In this document: piece after piece, positions 61,565 through 64,000 of the stretch
How the letters are laid out: each line of letters starts with the position of its first letter
How positions within the stretch are numbered: the first letter of the stretch is position 1
Source: Candidatus Hodarchaeota archaeon
GTDB taxonomy: Archaea > Asgardarchaeota > Lokiarchaeia > Sigyniarchaeales > SOKP01
Length of the DNA stretch: 64,000 bases
NCBI GenBank assembly: GCA_048886685.1
Contig: JBHLKM010000002.1
Coordinates: forward strand, 135,532-199,531
Direction of reading: 5' to 3'
Made by a program: the position numbers and the translations under genes
Notes under the pieces: model-generated
Database searches by the model: none
What the model saw: only the letters and a program-made list of their open reading frames with translations
What the model was told of the DNA's origin: nothing

Positions 61565-62659
61565 ATGATACCAAAAAGAACAAAAAGAATAACTTCTGAA
61601 TGGTTAAATGAAACCCTTCATGAAACCGGATACCTTAAAGATGTAAATATAGAATCTGTATCAAGAGAACCATGGGGTGCTGGGGAAGGATTTGTTAGTG
61701 ATATGGCAAGATTAACTTTAAACTATGATAAAGAGTCCTCCGATCTCCCAAAAACCATGATTGTCAAAATGCCAACGACCTTTAGAACAGCTTTAGCTAT
61801 AGCTGAACAATATAATCTTTATGAGAGGGAAATTAGGTTTTATACAGAAGTAGCACCTAAAAGTCCAATACGAGTCCCAAGTGTTATTCATTATGATTTT
61901 GATAAAGAAGCTAAAAGATATATTCTCATTCTAGAGGATTGTTCTTGTTTTGATCAGATAGACCAAATAAAAGGTTTAAATGAAGAACAAACTAAACAAG
62001 TAATAGATATAATCGTAGAATTTCATGCAAGGTGGTGGGATGCTCCAGATCTTTTTTCCTTTGATTGGATGCCTAAACCTAGGGATGAAGTGTCACAATC
62101 TCTAGCTGAAACTTATCGTACTAGTTGGGATCTTTCAATTAAATCAGAAGAATTTCAAAAAATACTTCCCGAAGGGGGTAAGGAAGCAGGTCAGAAAATT
62201 CATGAATATTTCACTTGGTTGGTTATGACTATACCTGATGAGAATTTAACTATTTCTCATTTTGACTTTCGAGTTGATAATCTGTTCTTCGATTGGGATA
62301 ATAAAGAGGATCCAATTATTATAATTGATTGGGGATCCGCTGTTGTGAATGGAGGTATATTAGATATTGCCTACCTCCTGGGTGAAAGTGTTGAAATCGA
62401 TTTGAGGAGGAAAATTGAAAAGGATATGGTTAAACATTATATCAAACAATTAGAAACTAAAGGAATTACTGGGTATGATTTTGATTACGCATGGGAATTT
62501 TACCTAAGATCTTTAATGTGTTATGCATATATACCTGCTATAGGATTTTCTCAGTTGGATAGAAGTGACCCTAGGGCAATGGAACTATTTGATACAATAA
62601 CCAAACGTCAATTCCAAGCGATTGTTGATAATGATGCTACGAGTATTTGCCCTTCTTAA
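61565..62659 (+). CDS. APH/choline-kinase-like phosphotransferase
   Basis: IVKMP, YEREIRFY, LILED, HFDFRVDNLFF, IIDWG. Confidence 0.8.
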   Translation: MIPKRTKRITSEWLNETLHETGYLKDVNIESVSREPWGAGEGFVSDMARLTLNYDKESSDLPKTMIVKMPTTFRTALAIAEQYNLYEREIRFYTEVAPKSPIRVPSVIHYDFDKEAKRYILILEDCSCFDQIDQIKGLNEEQTKQVIDIIVEFHARWWDAPDLFSFDWMPKPRDEVSQSLAETYRTSWDLSIKSEEFQKILPEGGKEAGQKIHEYFTWLVMTIPDENLTISHFDFRVDNLFFDWDNKEDPIIIIDWGSAVVNGGILDIAYLLGESVEIDLRRKIEKDMVKHYIKQLETKGITGYDFDYAWEFYLRSLMCYAYIPAIGFSQLDRSDPRAMELFDTITKRQFQAIVDNDATSICPS

Positions 62660-62733
62660 AAAGATTATCATTAATTATTATCATTTTGTATTATTTTTTT
62701 ATATTCAAATTAAATTATCATAGTTTATTTTAG

Positions 62734-62979
62734 AGAAATAAAAGTCATAAAAGTGTTTTACACCGTATTGCACCTTCATATGAAGTTGATGTAGTGGATA
62801 CAACAGAAACTGGTGATGCTTTTGTCGTGGGATTAATTTTTGGATTGTTGACGAATATGCCTTTAGAGAAAAGCCCTAATTTCACTAATACTGTTTCAGC
62901 TGTAAAAATAACAAGAAAATGAGCTATGAATATGCCCACAAGAAAAGAACTAGAAAATTTTATGAAAAAACATAAATGA
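62734..62979 (+). pseudogene. C-terminal remnant of a PfkB/ribokinase-family sugar kinase
   Basis: APSYEVDVVDTTETGDAFVVGLIFGL (degenerate DTTGAGDAF), internal TGA at 62920-62922, MPTRKELENF; no N-terminus. Confidence 0.7.
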
Positions 62980-63044
62980 GCTAGAAAATTTAGGAATAAT
63001 ACTACATAAAAAATGAATATAAAACCACTTAACATGGTTTAAAA

Positions 63045-64000
63045 ATGTCAGAAAATTCTAAAAAAAGGATAAATTGGGATAAGTTAAAAGGTCTAAATAA
63101 TAATCAAATTGAGAAAATTGCTAAAGAGATTCTTTCTATAATGACTTTGGAGGAAAAACTCTATCAGATGTCAGGCGATTGGACTTTAGCTGAAGGTGGG
63201 CCAAAAATGCAAAAGAGATACAATGCTGAACCTATCCCTGCAGGAGAAGATAAAAAACTCGGAATCCCTGGAGTTCTCTTCTCAGATGGGCCAAGAGGAG
63301 TTGTGATAGGAAATTCAACTTGTTTTCCTGTGTCTATGGCGAGAGGAGCATCATGGGATTTAGATTTAGAGGAAAAAATAGGTGAAATAATAGGGATTGA
63401 AGCAAAAGCCCATGGAGCCAATTTTTTTGGTGGTGTATGTATTAACTTATTGAGACATCCCGCTTGGGGAAGAGCCCAAGAAACATATGGGGAAGATACA
63501 TATCACCTTGGAGCATTTGGTGTCGCAATCTTAAAGGGTGTTCAAAAACATATTATGGCATGTGCCAAACATTATGCATGCAATAGTATAGAAAATACAA
63601 GATTTGATTTAGATGTATTAATAGATGAAAGGACCTTGAGGGAAGTTTACCTTCCACATTTTAAAAAATGTGTTGATGCTGGTGTAGCTTCCATCATGAG
63701 TGCTTATAATAAAGTGAATGGGAAGTATTGTGGTCACAATTCCCATCTTTTAGGAGATATATTAAAAAAAGATTGGAATTTTGAAGGATTTGTTATTACT
63801 GATTTTGGTTGGGGTATTCGAAATGGGGCACTTGCTTTAAATGCTGGTGTGGATATTGAGATGCCTTTCGAATGGCGTATGGCTCCAAATAAAATGATTG
63901 GTTACTTGAATGAAGGAAGATTTACTGAAGATTTAATTGATAAGGGTGTCTTGAGAATATTAAGGCAAAAACTCAAATTTGCACATAAAGGGGATTCTAT
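63045..64000 (+). CDS. Glycoside hydrolase family 3 beta-glucosidase (runs off window end; not in ORF track)
   Basis: MTLEEKL, LGIP..FSDGPRG, RHPAWGRAQETYGED, ACAKHYACN, SIMSAYN, FEGFVITDF nucleophile Asp, ALNAGVDIEMP. Confidence 0.92.
   Translation, partial: MSENSKKRINWDKLKGLNNNQIEKIAKEILSIMTLEEKLYQMSGDWTLAEGGPKMQKRYNAEPIPAGEDKKLGIPGVLFSDGPRGVVIGNSTCFPVSMARGASWDLDLEEKIGEIIGIEAKAHGANFFGGVCINLLRHPAWGRAQETYGEDTYHLGAFGVAILKGVQKHIMACAKHYACNSIENTRFDLDVLIDERTLREVYLPHFKKCVDAGVASIMSAYNKVNGKYCGHNSHLLGDILKKDWNFEGFVITDFGWGIRNGALALNAGVDIEMPFEWRMAPNKMIGYLNEGRFTEDLIDKGVLRILRQKLKFAHKGDS

Noticed and set aside
62920-62922. In-frame TGA in the PfkB remnant as possible Sec
   Set aside because: It corresponds to a Gly position (GGA to TGA), the catalytic motif is degenerate and the N-terminus is absent, so this is a pseudogene
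62745-63035. 96-aa minus-strand ORF
   Set aside because: Antisense to the PfkB remnant; no coding hallmarks

Overview
AT-rich archaeal chromosomal segment, most likely Asgard archaea (Lokiarchaeia). This is inferred from Loki-CTERM-type surface proteins, a gelsolin-domain protein, an MglA-like GTPase, a TPR protein, Cdc6/XerA, Hdr genes and an archaeal RNase P RNA. Housekeeping and metabolic genes include hdrC/hdrB, hdrA-mvhD fusion, homocysteine synthesis pair, fbaB, pssA, pit, purA, 4-hydroxybutyryl-CoA dehydratase, cdc6, xerA, trxB, hppA, rnpB, dnaJ and a GH3 glucosidase. Main discovery: two unrelated protein-coding genes, purA (insert 42670-42699) and a zinc-ribbon/LURP-one scramblase-like gene (insert 28163-28192), are each interrupted by an exactly 30-nt insert containing in-frame stops. 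Both inserts fold into the same bulge-helix-bulge (BHB) geometry: 4-bp central helix, two 3-nt bulges, 9-bp inner stem and a shared C-AA(A/C)UC-G pentaloop. Removal at the BHB-predicted cut sites restores intact reading frames, including the catalytic Asp of the PurA WGDEGKGK motif. This points to a family of endonuclease-spliced mRNA mini-introns in an Asgard archaeon. Also noted: an orphan structured ncRNA candidate (~12888-13039, minus), a dif-like palindrome, tandem vWA-zinc-finger paralogues and several unannotated small ORFs and gene remnants. All family assignments are from motif recognition by eye; no searches were run.
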